Assembly (NCBI RefSeq): GCF_018350175.1
Contig: NC_058377.1
Location: 16,616,001 to 16,680,000, forward strand
Reading direction: 5' to 3'
Source of the DNA: Felis catus
Taxonomy: Eukaryota
DNA: 64,000 nucleotides
The notes below the pieces were generated by a model. That model did no database searches. It saw nothing but the letters and a program-made list of their open reading frames with translations, and had not been told where the DNA came from. The first letter of the stretch is position 1, and every line of letters starts with the position of its first letter. This document shows, one piece after another, positions 47,797 to 64,000 of the stretch. The translations under genes and the position numbers were made by a program.

Positions 47797-47960
47797 CCCC
47801 AGTTTCTCTAAAAGAGAGTTGAGACCTTACCGAATTTCTCTCCTCTCGTTCAGTCTTCGGAGTAATGGGTCAGCCCAGAACCAAGCTGCCCCGTAAGAGG
47901 TCCTCACCTCTGCCAAAAAGCCACAGCCCACAGTTCTGCTGAGTTCCACATGGAGACAGC

Positions 47961-47966
47961 TTTATT
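47961..47966 (-). terminator. Poly(A) signal of CCDC153 (AATAAA on the minus strand)
   Basis: tttatt about 43 nt past the stop codon, implying a very short 3'UTR. Confidence 0.7.
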
Positions 47967-48008
47967 GCTGGAGCCTCCCAGAGCCCCAGAGGCTAGAGGC
48001 TTACAGCT

Positions 48009-51932
<3,924 letters not shown>

Positions 51933-51983
51933 CTCCTTGCTGTCCTGGGGAAGGAGAGGACTTGTATTTAAGACTGCACATGG

Positions 51984-52204
51984 GGGGCGCCTGGCTGGCT
52001 TGGTCGGTTAAGCGTCTGACTTCGGCTCAGGTCATGACCTCGCCATCCGTGAGTTCGAGCCCCGCGTCGGGCTCTGTGCTGCTGGCTCAGAGCCTGGAGC
52101 CTGTTTTGGATTCTGTGTCTCCCTCTCTCTCTGACCCTCCCCCATTCATGCTCTGTCTCTCTCTGTCTCAAAAATGAATAAACATTAAAAAAAAAATTAA
52201 AAAA
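51984..52204 (+). mobile_element. Can-SINE with target-site duplication aagactgcacatgggg
   Basis: Full SINE with the duplication on both sides. Confidence 0.9.
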
Positions 52205-54307
52205 AGACTGCACATGGGGTTGCTTTCCTGACCCCTAGATTGAACCAGGAGTCCCAGGAGAGTTAAAGCTCTAGTCTCCGAGCATGTCTCTTATCCTTCC
52301 AGAAGCTTCTGTTCTTGGTCTCCTTGGACCTTTAGGCAAGCCTGGGGTAGGGGGAAGGTAGAGCTGTTTCTTTCTACCAGTAAGTTTCTATGTACAGAAA
52401 TCATTCCCCTCTACCCTCTTTTGGAGAAAATAAACCTCAGTACTTGTCTCTTCCCTCTTCCCGTCACCCTTACCCTGCCTCGTCCTGCCTGTAGGATCCT
52501 CTCTTGCTTCTGTTGTATTTCCCTGTAGGGTGACCCACTCATGGAGAGGGGCAGAGAAATGGCCCAACCAGCTAGGAGCCTGAGGAGGAGCCTGGGTTCT
52601 GGGAGCCAATCCAGGGTGACAAATTTCCTTTGAGGGCAGGACTGAGAACTGGAAGGTTGGGTTTCGGGAGGCTGAGTGTTGTCCAGGTAACTGGGAAACA
52701 TGGAGTCAGAGACAGGTGGAATGGGCCAAGTACAAAGCTTAAAATAGCAAGGTCCCAGAGGGTCAATTCTTCAATTCTCTCCTTATCCCTAAGTTCTAAA
52801 TGTAGTTTGAGGAGAAAGGGCTTTGGAGCCCGGTAACTATGCTTCATTTCCATGTAGCACTGCCTGAGGTTTGGAGACTTACAAGTTACAGATTTACACA
52901 TCTGATATGGTGCTGTTATGCTGATACAGCGGAAAAGAGCTCATAGTAGCCATTTCGGGCAATTTACATCCCTAGGGCTGATCAGCAAATGACATTATTA
53001 GGCTTGGGGAAGGCATTCTGTAGCGTACAAGGGAAAGAAATGCAGGAGAAGGGAGTTGAGAGAGTTTCTCACATCGGAGAAAGGAGACACAGAAGAAAGA
53101 TAGACCCACGGACTCCAGGCTGCTGACATAGAGGCTACAAATGTAGAAGAAAGGATACTGGTTAGAGACAAGAGCCGTGGGTTCTAGTCCCCCCTCCAGT
53201 TATGTAAACTTGGCAAGCCATCTAATTTTGCTCAGCTTCAGTTTCCTGGTCTTTAAATCTTTGATTCTGTAAATCCTGTAAGGCCTGGGTTTCAACTGGG
53301 CATTCACAGGGCTATCTTCCCTTGTGGAGACTTAATTTATTGATCTTCCCCTATTCCCTTATGAGGCTGGTTTTCAGAGACAGGTGCTCAGAAACTACTT
53401 TGCTGGGCTCTCTGTGGTATTGAGTTTGTCCGGGCTCCCTCTAGTGGACTTGCTTGACGCCCCGCCCCCCCCCCCCCCCCACCCCACCGCCAGGCTCCTA
53501 AATTTTTCTACTTAAATTATTGATGGTGCCTCCCTCTTGGGGATACTTTCTAGCATCTTGCTGGAGTCATGAATGGCTGGAAAAACGACTTTAGGGGAAG
53601 GAGTATGGTGAGCGACCTGCCCTTGTGAGGCAGCCTCTACCCTCCTTCCAGCCCTGTTGCTATTCTGGAGCCTTGTCATCTGTCTGCCACCTGGATCTCT
53701 GAGCACCATACTGGCTAGAATGAAAACAGCAAAAACGTCAGGGATTTCCCCCTTGTGGATTAAGGAACCTGCAGACTTTTTTAGCCATTTCTCTCTATCT
53801 CTGTCCCCCTCCACACTTCTGTTCAATTGCCTGTTGTCAGTTTGCATTTATTCTTCCCCCAGAACCGTTTCCCCCTGCATTGGAATGCAGTAGAGGTTTT
53901 TGCACTGGTCCTCCTCATCTAGAAGCCTCGTTGGGGTCATTTGCCACGGAATGATCAGTTTCTCTGTTATGCTGATGCATTGGATGACATTTTGAGGACA
54001 GAGTTTACAGAATACAAACGACATATCACGCCTTGGAAGAGCATTTACTTTTCAAATATGTTCAGTCAACCAACCGACATTCAGGTGCAGAATGAGGATG
54101 TGGTCTGGGTGAAGGTGAAATGTAATAAAAGTGCCTCATGTCACATGATGTGATGGTACAAACTGAGCCAGCTCTAGAATAACCAAGAATGACACTGTGA
54201 TCAGCAATCCAATCCCATCTTGAGTACACTTTGAAAATAAGCCAAGTAAAAATTATTCAACAACAAAAAAAAGGCCCAGCTTTCCTTCTTTTTTCATTAA
54301 CGTTAAA

Positions 54308-54545
54308 ATTTTTTTTTAATGTTTATTTATTTTTGAGAGAGAGAGATAAAGACACACATGGAGCGTGAGTGGGGGAGGGGCAGAGAGAGAGGGAGACACG
54401 GAATCTGAAGCAGGCTCCGGGCTCTGAGCTGTCTGCACAGAGTCCGACAGGGGGCTTGAGCCCGCGAACCGTGAGATCACGATCTGAGCTGAAGTCGGAT
54501 GCTTAACCAAATGCCCCTGATTTCTTTTTAAAATTCATTTATTTT

Positions 54546-54581
<36 letters not shown>

Positions 54582-54739
54582 GAGTGCGAGTGGGAGAGGG
54601 GCAGAGAAAGAGGGAGACTCCCAAGCAGGCTCTGGTGCTGCCAGTACAGCGCCCATGCGGGGGTTCAAAGTCACCAACCCGTGGGATCATGACCTGAGCT
54701 GAAGTTGTCGCTCAACTGACCGAGCCACCCAGGTGCCCC
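54308..54739 (-). mobile_element. Two tandem Can-SINEs
   Basis: Two reverse-complement SINEC bodies (about 54308-54517 and 54521-54739). Confidence 0.85.
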
Positions 54740-55364
54740 ACTCATTAACTTCAGTTTAGAAGTGAAAATAGGAACTATCACCAGACAGAACTCTGTCCAT
54801 CCGGGAGTGTTTAAGGGATATAGAGGAGAGAACTGTCACTCTGCTTTATTCAAATATGCGAGGTAGGTCATTTGTATATTTAAAGAAATATGTCTTCTTC
54901 AGCAGAAACAGTACAAACTATACAAGTTGTACAAACAATACAATTTGATGATGGAGGGGGGAAATACCCTGTGTACCTACACTGTTAGGTACTGTGGAAG
55001 ACCAAAGTCAACAAGACAGTATGGCATGAATTAATGTATGGTAGCTGTAAGAATAAATGGTTATGGAAATTTAGAGGAGGAAAGGGTTATTTCTAGCTGG
55101 AATGTCTGGTTATTTCTAGCTGAATTCTGAAGAATGGATTGAACTTCAGTAGCACACTTTGGGCAGAGGGAATGCTCTGAGCAATGTGGATGGAAAAAAA
55201 AAAAAGAATTGTGGTATTTTGTGATTTGGTCAGTCACCCAGCATAGTATGTGCATTGATATTATATAAAACTGCAAGGTAGTTTGGAGTTAGATCATGAC
55301 TGTTAACTTCATTCAGGAGACCATAAGCAGTGTTTAAAAGTTTCTTTCTTTTCTTTTCTAAAAA

Positions 55365-55780
55365 AATTTTTAATATTTATTTTTGAGAGGGGCACCTGGG
55401 TGGCGCAGTCGGTTGAGCGTCCGACTTCAGCCAGGTCACGATCTCGCGGTCCGTGAGTTCGAGCCCCGCGTCGGGCTCTGGGCTGATGGCTCAGAGCCTG
55501 GAGCCTGTTTCCGATTCTGTGTCTCCCTCTCTCTCTGCCCCTCCCCCGTTCATGCTCTGTCTCTCTCTGTCCGAAAAATAAATAAACGTTGAAAAAAAAA
55601 TTAAAAAAAAATATTTATTTTTGAGAGAAAGAGAGAGAGGGAGACACGGAATCTGAAGCAGGCTCCAGGCTCTGAGCTGTCAGCACAGAGCCCGACGTGG
55701 AGCCCAAACCCACGGGCCGTGAGATCATGACCTGAGCTGAAGTCAGACACACTTAATCGACTGAGCCACCTAGGCGCCCC
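55365..55780. mobile_element. Nested SINEs: plus-strand SINEC_Fc (about 55389-55610) inserted in the tail of a minus-strand SINEC
   Basis: aatatttatttttgagag flanks the inner element on both sides. Confidence 0.88.
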
Positions 55781-57235
55781 TTAAAGTTTTTTTTCTGATG
55801 CTGTCAGAACTATAGTTCAGGAAGACGTCTGGTGGCAGAAAGGATTGGAGGTGGCAGGGAAACCAGGGAGGAAAAGGTTTTAATAGATCAGGGGAGAGAA
55901 AGGGAGGGCCTGCAGCTAGGGTGGTAGATGGGAAGTTTTGACAATTATCTAAGAGCCGTGCTTAGATTTTCCTTTGGGAGATTTCTTCTCTTTCTAATTC
56001 TACTGATAGGAAACGATAATGCTGACTCCTTAATCAATCTTAGATAAAGGCCACTGAATTGCAGGATAAGGAGGTCTGACAGATAGGTCTTTGAGTCCAG
56101 AGATATTTCCCCCACCTTACAGGGGCACACAATAAACTCAATTCCTTAATCAGTCAAGGGCTTTGTGGAGGACCCAGGTGGGAGGATCTAAGACGGAACT
56201 GAGCACTTACGGACACACTAGAGCCTGCAAGCTCCCAAAGAGGCTCAGAATTAACAAATTAGGTCAGGGCACTTCCTTCTTCAGGAAGAAAGTTCCCTTT
56301 TTTCATAGTTTTTCCAACGAAGCTTTTAGATTAGAGAAGTGGAAATGACTGGGAACTGCTTTTGTTTCATGAGAGGAGTACTCCTCGGGCTAGGGCTCGC
56401 AGCTGTCTTTCTGTGGTCAAGGCCTGGTGCTGGGGATGCTAACCTGCGGTGCAATGCGCTGAGCCCGGGGAATCTTAAGCACATACCCAATTCCCAGAAA
56501 AGGAACTAGTGTTCAGAAGCCAAAAAAGGGGGAAATGTTTTGTTTTCAGAAGGTCAAAGGGCCTGGAAGAAGAGCTTGCGGCCTAAGTGTCTTAAGCCTT
56601 TCTGGAGTGTTCGTAATCAGGCTGGAACAGTCTGCAGCATTCGCATTCCTGTCCCTCGGTGCCGACTTAATGAGTTTAAAACACCAAAGGGGTGGGGAAA
56701 TAACTTCCGTTTTTCTCCCACAATGTTCAGAAGCAAATGACTTTAAGCTCAATTTCCTTATTTACCAGGTATGTGGCGGAAGACTTGACGTTAAGTTTCT
56801 TTCTACGGTAGCTGTCCTAATTTAAATACCCCAATCGCCCCTCAAAGGGAGCCAACCTAACAACCCACAAGGAACATGGAGGGCTCGGCTTCTGTCTAAC
56901 GCGCAGACTCCACCCCAGACCCCGCCCCTTCCTTTCCCGGATTCTCCAGCAGAGGGCGCAGGCGCAAAGGTTCTGTCTGGGCCCGCCCCCGGGGGCAGGG
57001 GAGGGGTAGGCGGCGCGGAAACTTGGCCTCGGCTTTCCGGGAGCTGTGGCTCGGGAGGGGGTGGCGCAGGAAGGGTCGCTACCCAGTCGGGACCGGGCCG
57101 CCGGCTTCCCGGAGCGCCGTGCGCTCCTCCCGTCCCCGGGCTTGCGCTCTCGGAAGGGGCGCGCCCGCGCGAACCTCGCTCCCGTCACCGCCCACTCCTC
57201 CTCCCCGCGGCCGCCCCTCCCTCCGCCCGGACAGC

Positions 57236-57259
57236 CGGCGGCGGCTGCGGCGGCGGCGG
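57236..57259 (+). repeat. (CGG)3 CTG (CGG)4 in the CBL 5'UTR (orthologue of the human FRA11B repeat)
   Basis: Read directly; ends about 97 nt upstream of the CBL ATG. Confidence 0.85.
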
Positions 57260-57355
57260 CCGGGAGAGGCCCCTCCTTCACGCCCTCCTTCTTTCCCTCG
57301 CTCGCAGCGGAGCGGAGCCGGCGGACGCGGCTGGGCCCCCAACCCTCCCCGGGCC

Positions 57356-57422
57356 ATGGCCGGCAACGTGAAAAAGAGCTCTGGGGCCGGGGGCGGCGGC
57401 AGCTCCGGGGGCTCGGGCTCGG
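57356..57422 (+). CDS. CBL: E3 ubiquitin ligase CBL, first coding exon (visible part; the remainder lies in the N gap and the rest of the gene is beyond the window)
   Basis: Kozak gccATGg; MAGNVKKSSGAGGGGSSGGSGS matches the c-Cbl N-terminus; synteny. Confidence 0.93.
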
Positions 57423-59117
57423 NNNNNNNNNNNNNNNNNNNNNNNNNNNNNNNNNNNNNNNNNNNNNNNNNNNNNNNNNNNNNNNNNNNNNNNNNNNNNN
57501 NNNNNNNNNNNNNNNNNNNNNNNNNNNNNNNNNNNNNNNNNNNNNNNNNNNNNNNNNNNNNNNNNNNNNNCCGCGGGAGCAGGGGTGGGCGTGGGCGGAG
57601 GGGGCCGAGGGAGGGGAAGGAAGGGACAGAGGAAGCTGGGGGAGGGGACGGGTCATGCGGGGCTGGGGAGACGAGGAGCTGGGGTGACCCGGCCGAAGGG
57701 TGGGGGACGCGGGGGTGAGGAAGAGACCGGGAAGGTGGGGGTCGGCGGTGGGGGAAGGGCTGCGGTTGGGAGTTGGGGAACGTTGAGGTAGTGTTTGGGG
57801 GTGGCGAGACAAAGATGGGGTGGGGGCTGGGGTGAGGGTTAACTGGGAAGCCACCAGGGCGGAAGTATAATGGGGGGGTGCAGAGTTTGGGGCTCTGCAG
57901 GGTCTGGGGATGTGGGTCACGGAATTGGCCCCAGGAGGTAGGAGGGAGGGGGAGGGCGAAGAAGAGCGTGCAATTTACCGGCTGGGGCTGTTAGCTGGAT
58001 GAGCAGCCGAGCTCTGAGTCGGGAATTAACGTTTATGGGCTCTGGTTGAGAGACCTGGGGTCAGGACAACTCCGTAGGCAAACTGCGCTCGGGGAGAGCC
58101 CGTAGTTTTTTCTCATTAAGATATTAACACCAAGGTAAAAGAAATCAGGATGTTTAAATGGCCAAGGAAGGAACTTTCCTCCACCTCTAGCGCTGGGGCA
58201 AATTTTTATTCTCCAAAACATTGGATGTGATCCATTGCTGGTGCTGAGATTAAACCACAAGTTCTGGTTAGAAACATTATCTTCTGAAAGATGTATTAAC
58301 TGAGCGTGCTAAGCAGCAGATTCTGACTTCTTCCAGATTCTCACTGCTTCCAGAACTTCCTCCTCATGCTGCTTTTAGCTTGGGTTCTACTTTTTTCGTG
58401 GCCGACCTGACTCCTTGTTACAGGACCTGACTTTTAAGCTTGTTCAATGAGCTTCTTTGCTTACCTTTTTTTAAAGCAAGTTTGAAAAATATCGCTTTTA
58501 TATTTAGCCATTAAGTGTGGCATTTGGGAGAAGTTCACCTCATTATAGTGTCTATAATATAGTAGTCCAGAGTCCTTAAAAGTGTTTAAGCATTTTGAGA
58601 GCACCCAATATAGTGTTTTCTTAGTTCATTAATGGACATTAATTAATAACTTATTTTTGGAAAATTTCATATTGTCAGTGAAAAGTAACTGGAAGTATCT
58701 GGCATATTGTAAGAGAATGGTGTTAGTTCCTCCAGAGGAAAATTGGTTTTCTCTGGTTCCTCTCTAGGTCTAGGTTCCTCTTCTGTAAAGTTCTTCATGG
58801 ATTGTTTTGGACTAAAACAGCTAATAAGAATGATTATGAAACACTTGGCAAATATAAACGTGCTGTATAAATGCTTAATAAGCCCCGTGCGTGCATTAAC
58901 ACTCCTGAAGTGCATACAAGTGGTTTCAGAGCCACTTTTTCAGGGCTGGTGTTTCTCATGTTAAATAATTGGTATTGTAGTTAATGATACAAGTTTTTTT
59001 ATATTTATTATGTTGGTGGTGTAGTTTTGATTTCATTATTTACAAATTGTAATAAAACCGTTAATAGAAAGTCAGGCATGTAAAGGAAACTTTAAATTCA
59101 TTGACACCTTTAAAAAA

Positions 59118-59339
59118 GTTTTTTTTTCTTAAATGTTTACTTATTTTTGAGAGAGACAGAATGCAAGTGGGAGAGGGGCAGAGAGCAAGGGAGACAGAAT
59201 CTGAAGCAGGCTGCAGGCTCTGAGCTGTCAGCACAGAGCCCTATGCGGGGCACGAACTCAAACCACAAGATCTTGAGATCGTGACCTGAGCCGAAGTCGG
59301 AAGTTGGACCCTCAACCGACTGAGCCACCCAGGTGGCCC
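59118..59339 (-). mobile_element. Can-SINE in CBL intron 1
   Basis: Target-site duplication tcattgacaccttt. Confidence 0.88.
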
Positions 59340-60534
59340 TCATTGACACCTTTTTAAAAAAAATACCAAATGTATTCAAGATCTGAAGTTTGTAGGTTTG
59401 CATTTTAGGGATTTACAGCAGAGGACTGAAAAGGTTCTCCTGGATTAAAAAAAAAAAATTGTATGTTTAATTAGTTTCTCGTGTAAGATACGTGTATGCA
59501 ATATACCCAAACTTGTATGGATTAGAGACCTTTCCTTAAAAATAATAAACTTTTCCTCAAACTTTTGAATCTCTATAAGGCAGTTCAAATAAGATCCTTT
59601 TTAAGTTTTTTTCCTTCATTTCTTTAAAGTATGTGTATAGCGATGTGATTTTTTTCTGCAGAATGTTTAGTTGTATGGGGCGAATAGGACTCACTTTGAG
59701 TGCTTTTCAGGTTTTGATAGCTTCAAGGGAAGTAGGTGCCCAGCTTTTCCTTTCTAGTGTTGGGAGAGAGGGATGTTTTATTGTTGTGTTGCTTGTCTTA
59801 GAAGGTGATTTTTAGTAATGTCTGTGCCCCGTATCACAAATTACTAGTCTTGTTTCTGGTGTATTAGGCTGATAGGTTCATAATGCTCTCCAGATCTCCT
59901 GAGTACTTTCATAAGTATTGGCTTGAACTGTTTCTTTTATGCTTGCATATTTTTTTCCACGTTTTTATTTGTTAGAGTCTTAAATAAATGTCACTAACCC
60001 TTCTTCATGTGGTATGATGTAAGTGGTAAAGAACTTACTGTCAAATCCACAATTGCCTGACACATTTATTGAATTTGGTTCTGAGTCTCTCATACCGGTT
60101 CTATCCTTGTTGTTGAAGCTAGGTGAATATTATTCTAGCCTATCAATGATCAGTGTCTTGACTTCGTGCTGGGAACTGTTAGTCTCTTCCCCTCCCCCAG
60201 TATTGAATGTGTGCAGATGGAGAAGTTGGCATTTTAAGTCATGGGTTCTGGTCAACATAGGCCCAATTTACTAATCCATTGTGGAACTTAAACTCATTGT
60301 CGGAAAAATCCTTGTGCTGGGACACTTGTTATTAAACAAAAAACATGGTCAACCTCTATTTTGCCAGCTGAGTATATTGTAATAAATACTTGTGTAAATA
60401 CTTGTGTGTGAAGAAAGTGGCTGGGAAGAGAGGATTGGGCAGGGGAGTGGAGAGAAAAATCCTATAAATTGCCTTAAATGTAAACTTAGAAGTAGTAAGG
60501 TATCTAGTGAGACTCAAAATTCCATTATGAAGTA

Positions 60535-60716
60535 GAGCAGGAGTTGGCAATCTGTTTTTGTCAAGGGACAGTAAATATTTTAGGCTTTGCTGGACACATA
60601 CTTAGTCTTGTATTCTTTGTTACTGTTTCACAACTCTTTAAAAAAGTAAAAGCCATTCCTAGCTTGCAGGTGGACAAAAAGAAAGGGCTGGAGGTTGTAG
60701 TTTGCCTGCCCCTGAA
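60535..60716. mobile_element. MER58-like hAT-Charlie MITE
   Basis: caggagttggcaa..gtaaatattttaggctttgc..gtagtttgcc..cccctg terminal inverted structure. Confidence 0.65.
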
Positions 60717-60906
60717 GCAGAGCAACATACTGGCTTTATTTTAGGTCTATGTTATGTTTTTATTTCAAATTAGCTTATATCATTAAAACATTAAGGTGTT
60801 GATTTTTTTTAATGAGATATAATTTGTAAGAGAATTTGTAGTTCCCTTATGATTTTAAGGGAAAAAGCTTCCCTTTAAGGCATGAGTTTTAAAAAAGTAT
60901 TTTCAA

Positions 60907-61157
60907 GGGGCGCCTGGGTGGCGCAGTCGGTTAAGCGTCCGACTTCAGCCAGGTCACGATCTCGCGGTCCGTGAGTTCGAGCCCCGCGTCAGGCTCTGGG
61001 CTGATGGCTCAGAGCCTGGAGCCTGTTTCCGATTCTGTGTCTCCCTCTCTCTCTGCCCCTCCCCCGTTCATGCTCTGTCTCTCTCTGTCCCAAAAAAAAA
61101 ACCAAAAAACAAAAAAACAAAACGTTGAAAAAGAAAAAAAAAATAAAAAAAAAAAAA
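60907..61157 (+). mobile_element. Young felid SINEC_Fc
   Basis: Consensus-like head with many intact CpGs, long A tail, duplication aaaaaagtattttcaa. Confidence 0.92.
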
Positions 61158-61304
61158 GTATTTTCAAAAGGTGATCCTTCTGCCACCTGCCTTCTTCTGT
61201 TTGTCCCACCACCCCCCAAAAAATACCTTGAGTAACTTCCTGTATTTGGGAAGTAAGATGCACTAATTAGAATTTATGATTCAGTGTATTTCATTGGACT
61301 ACAT

Positions 61305-61360
61305 CCTCCTTCCTTCCCTCCCTCCCTCCCTCCCTCCCTCCCTCCCTCCCTCCCTTCCTT
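61305..61360. repeat. (CCCT)n/(CCTT)n microsatellite
   Basis: Direct repeat. Confidence 0.88.
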
Positions 61361-62361
61361 TTACACTAAGTCCCAGGCATACAGCTAGGTGTAAATTCTT
61401 ACACTCCAGATTACATTACAGTGATGAGTGACTACGTAAGTATGTAAACAGTGATAGGAGATCTCTTAAGTTTAAACTTATTTTTTCTGTACATATTACT
61501 TCTGTACTCATCTTAACCTCTTGAGATTGTAAATTCCGTGAGGACAGCACAGCGACTATAATCTGCTTATCTCCTGCAGTGTCCGGTCATGAGGACTTAT
61601 ACAATAGTAAGAGCTTTGTAAATATTTAAATTGCTTTGTGTGTTCTGAAGGAATAACTGAAAAGAAAACGTGTGGGGGTGGGAATAAATTTTAATTACAT
61701 TAAACTTATTTCTTGCAGTAGCCCTTTGGCGGTATCATCTCTTTTATAGATGGAGACACTTGGGCTCAGAGATGTTACGTAATTTAATTTAGTTAATGGT
61801 GGAGCCTGACTTGGAATCCAGGATAACCCACCTCCTTAGGCTTGGCTATTTCCTCCATACAGTACCTTCTCAGGTGTACCACAAAGCGTCAGTAACAGAA
61901 ACCATTCAGCAAGTGACCTGTGTGGTTACAATAGTCCTCACGCACACACGTTCATTAACGCACCCAAGCAAAGTAGACATTCTCTTGAATAATAAGGTAG
62001 CATTTAATACCATCCAGTGAAATGTCTGTTATCTGCTTTCAAGTTCAGTGTTTGCATTTCTTCAAATTAATGTGTACTGGTTACTTTGCATGGTGGTCAC
62101 AGAGGCTTGTACACTTCATTTTCCTCTTCTACTTAATTTGTGTTCTCTGCGGTAGTATTTATCACTTTTTCATCCGTTTCTCCCTTCGCTAGAGCTCTTC
62201 AGGACCCAGGCTCTGTCTTAGTATCAGTTCCTGGGCCTAACATGTGGTACTTGCTGAATGAAGTGCAAACATTTAACAAAATAAAATGAGATCAAAACAT
62301 AGTCCCTCCTCATTTTTTGTATGATTAATTAGGGGGGAATCAGGTAGGGAATCCCCCCCCC

Positions 62362-62558
62362 CTTTTTTTAATGTCTGTTTATTTTGAGAGAGAGAAAGCA
62401 GAAGTGGGGAAGGGCAGAGGGAGAGAGAGAATCCCAAGCAGGCTCTGTGGTGTCAGTGAGGAGCCAGACTCGGGGCTCCATGTCACAAAGTGTGAGATCG
62501 TGACCTGAGCTGAGATCAAGAGTTGGAAGCTTAACTGAATGAGCTACCCAGGAGCCCT
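62362..62558 (-). mobile_element. Older Can-SINE
   Basis: Degenerate SINEC body. Confidence 0.8.
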
Positions 62559-62874
62559 AGGAATCTTCTTGAGTGCTGAATTAAAGTATCATTTACTTAA
62601 AGTAGTTTTACCTTTTTCGATTGTAAAGGTAATATACAGTCATTGTAAAACATGATTGTGTTGTTTTTATGCTGTTAACTCCCCAAAAAGATGTAAAATT
62701 CTTCATAATTTCTTATGAAATGAGCTCACTTGAGCATTTCATGTGATTCATGGTAGAAATTTTGAAAGGTATATAGAATAAAAGTGGGGGTGGGCCAGGG
62801 GAGAAGAGAATTTGTCCTGTTCATTTTGTAGCTTTGGCTAAAGTTTTTGGTAATTCTTGCTATAGTAAACCTTG

Positions 62875-63765
62875 TTTTTTTTTTTGTTTTTGTTTTTTTT
62901 TTTTTTTCCAAACATACAGTGTAGACTTGGCTTCAGGAGTAGAACCCAGTGATGTACCAGTTACATATAACGACCAGTGCTCATCCTGAAAAGTGCCCTC
63001 CTTCATGCCCATCACCCATTGACCCCGCCCCCATCAACCCTCAGTTTGTTCTCTGCATTTAAGAGTCTCTTATGGTATGCCTCCCTCTCTGTTTTTATCT
63101 TATTTTTCCTTCCCTTCCTTTCTGATCATCTGTTCAGTTTCTCCGATTCCACATGTGAGTGAAATCATGTGATAATTTGTCTTTCTCTAACTTATTTCGC
63201 TTAGCCTAATACCCTCTAGTTCCATCTGTGTTGTTGCTCATGGCAAGATTTCATTCTTTTTCACTGTTGGGTAGTATTCCATTGTGTTTATATTATGTAC
63301 CACATCTTCTTAATCTGTTCATCAGTTGATGGACATTTGGGCTCTTTCCATAATTTGGCTATTGTTGATAGCTCTGCTATAAACATTGGGGTACATGTGC
63401 CCCTTCGAATCAGCATTGTTGTATCCTTTGGCTAAATTCCTAGTAGTACGATTGCTGGGTCGAAGATAGTTCTATTTTTAATTTTTTGAGGAACCTCCGC
63501 ACTGTTTTCCAGAGTGGCCGCACCAGTTTGCATCCCCACCAATAGTGCAGTAGGGTTCCCTTTGCTCCACAACAGCTGTTGTTTCCTGAGTTGTTAATTT
63601 TTGCCATTCTGACCGGTATGAGGTGGTATCTCATTTTGGTTTTGGTTTGTATTTCCCTGATGGCATGTTGAGTATCTTTTCATGTGTTCTGTTTGCCATC
63701 TGGATGTCTTTGGAAAAGTGTTCGTGTCTTCCGCCCAGTTCTTCACTGGATTATTTGATTTTCGG
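62875..63765 (-). mobile_element. Carnivore L1 3' fragment (ORF2 end, 3'UTR and poly-A)
   Basis: Minus-strand translation [48 protein letters not shown] matches the L1 ORF2 C-terminus; poly-T tail at the left. Confidence 0.9.
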
Positions 63766-64000
63766 TAGTAAACCTGTTTTTAGTATGTTGTTGGTATGTT
63801 TTTAGTATACATACACTAAACCTGATATGGGCATGGCAACCATGGGCAAATTGATCTATTCCTCTTTCATTGGAGTTTGTGTTATATTCAAACATAACAT
63901 AATAACGTTTATGACATGAAAAAAACCCCATTTCCCTAATGATTAACCTAGATCATTAAAAGAAAAATTAAGTATTAGTTTGGAAGCTAAGCCTAAGCTT

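Larger units (their letters stand above)
56880..57800 (+). promoter_or_regulatory. CBL CpG-island promoter and 5'UTR
   Basis: CpG-rich, with GC boxes, an NRF1-like GCGCAGGCGCA at 56956-56966 and ETS-like cggaa motifs. Confidence 0.85.

Noticed and set aside
52474-52522. Candidate upstream non-coding exon of CCDC153 (minus strand)
   Set aside because: The AG/GT boundaries are plausible, but there is no independent support without transcript data.

Overview
Mammalian genomic DNA, almost certainly a felid (dense Can-SINEs including the Felidae-type SINEC_Fc subfamily). It is syntenic to human 11q23.3 with the gene order HINFP (3' part, +), ABCG4 (+), NLRX1 (+), PDZD3/NHERF4 (+), CCDC153/DRC12 (-) and CBL (first exon, +). 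I reconstructed exon structures by hand from GT-AG boundaries and reading-frame continuity. All frames are intact where sequence is visible: NLRX1 975 aa, PDZD3 505 aa, CCDC153 202 aa, and ABCG4 646 aa if two N-masked exons have human lengths. There are three CpG-island promoters, about 25 SINEs, L1 and DNA-transposon remnants, a MER21-like LTR and five N gaps, three of which hide coding sequence. I found no evidence of a new multi-gene system. The notable points are local: an LTR that appears to supply the PDZD3 poly(A) signal, an interrupted orthologue of the FRA11B CGG repeat whose CTG is in frame with CBL, a rearranged SINE composite carrying a 14-bp minisatellite, a (TG)n tract before the NLRX1 start/targeting-peptide exon, a purine-rich ABCG4 splice acceptor, and an HNF1/GATA promoter squeezed between NLRX1 and PDZD3. 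Comparisons with human proteins and repeat consensus sequences are from recall and need alignment to confirm.
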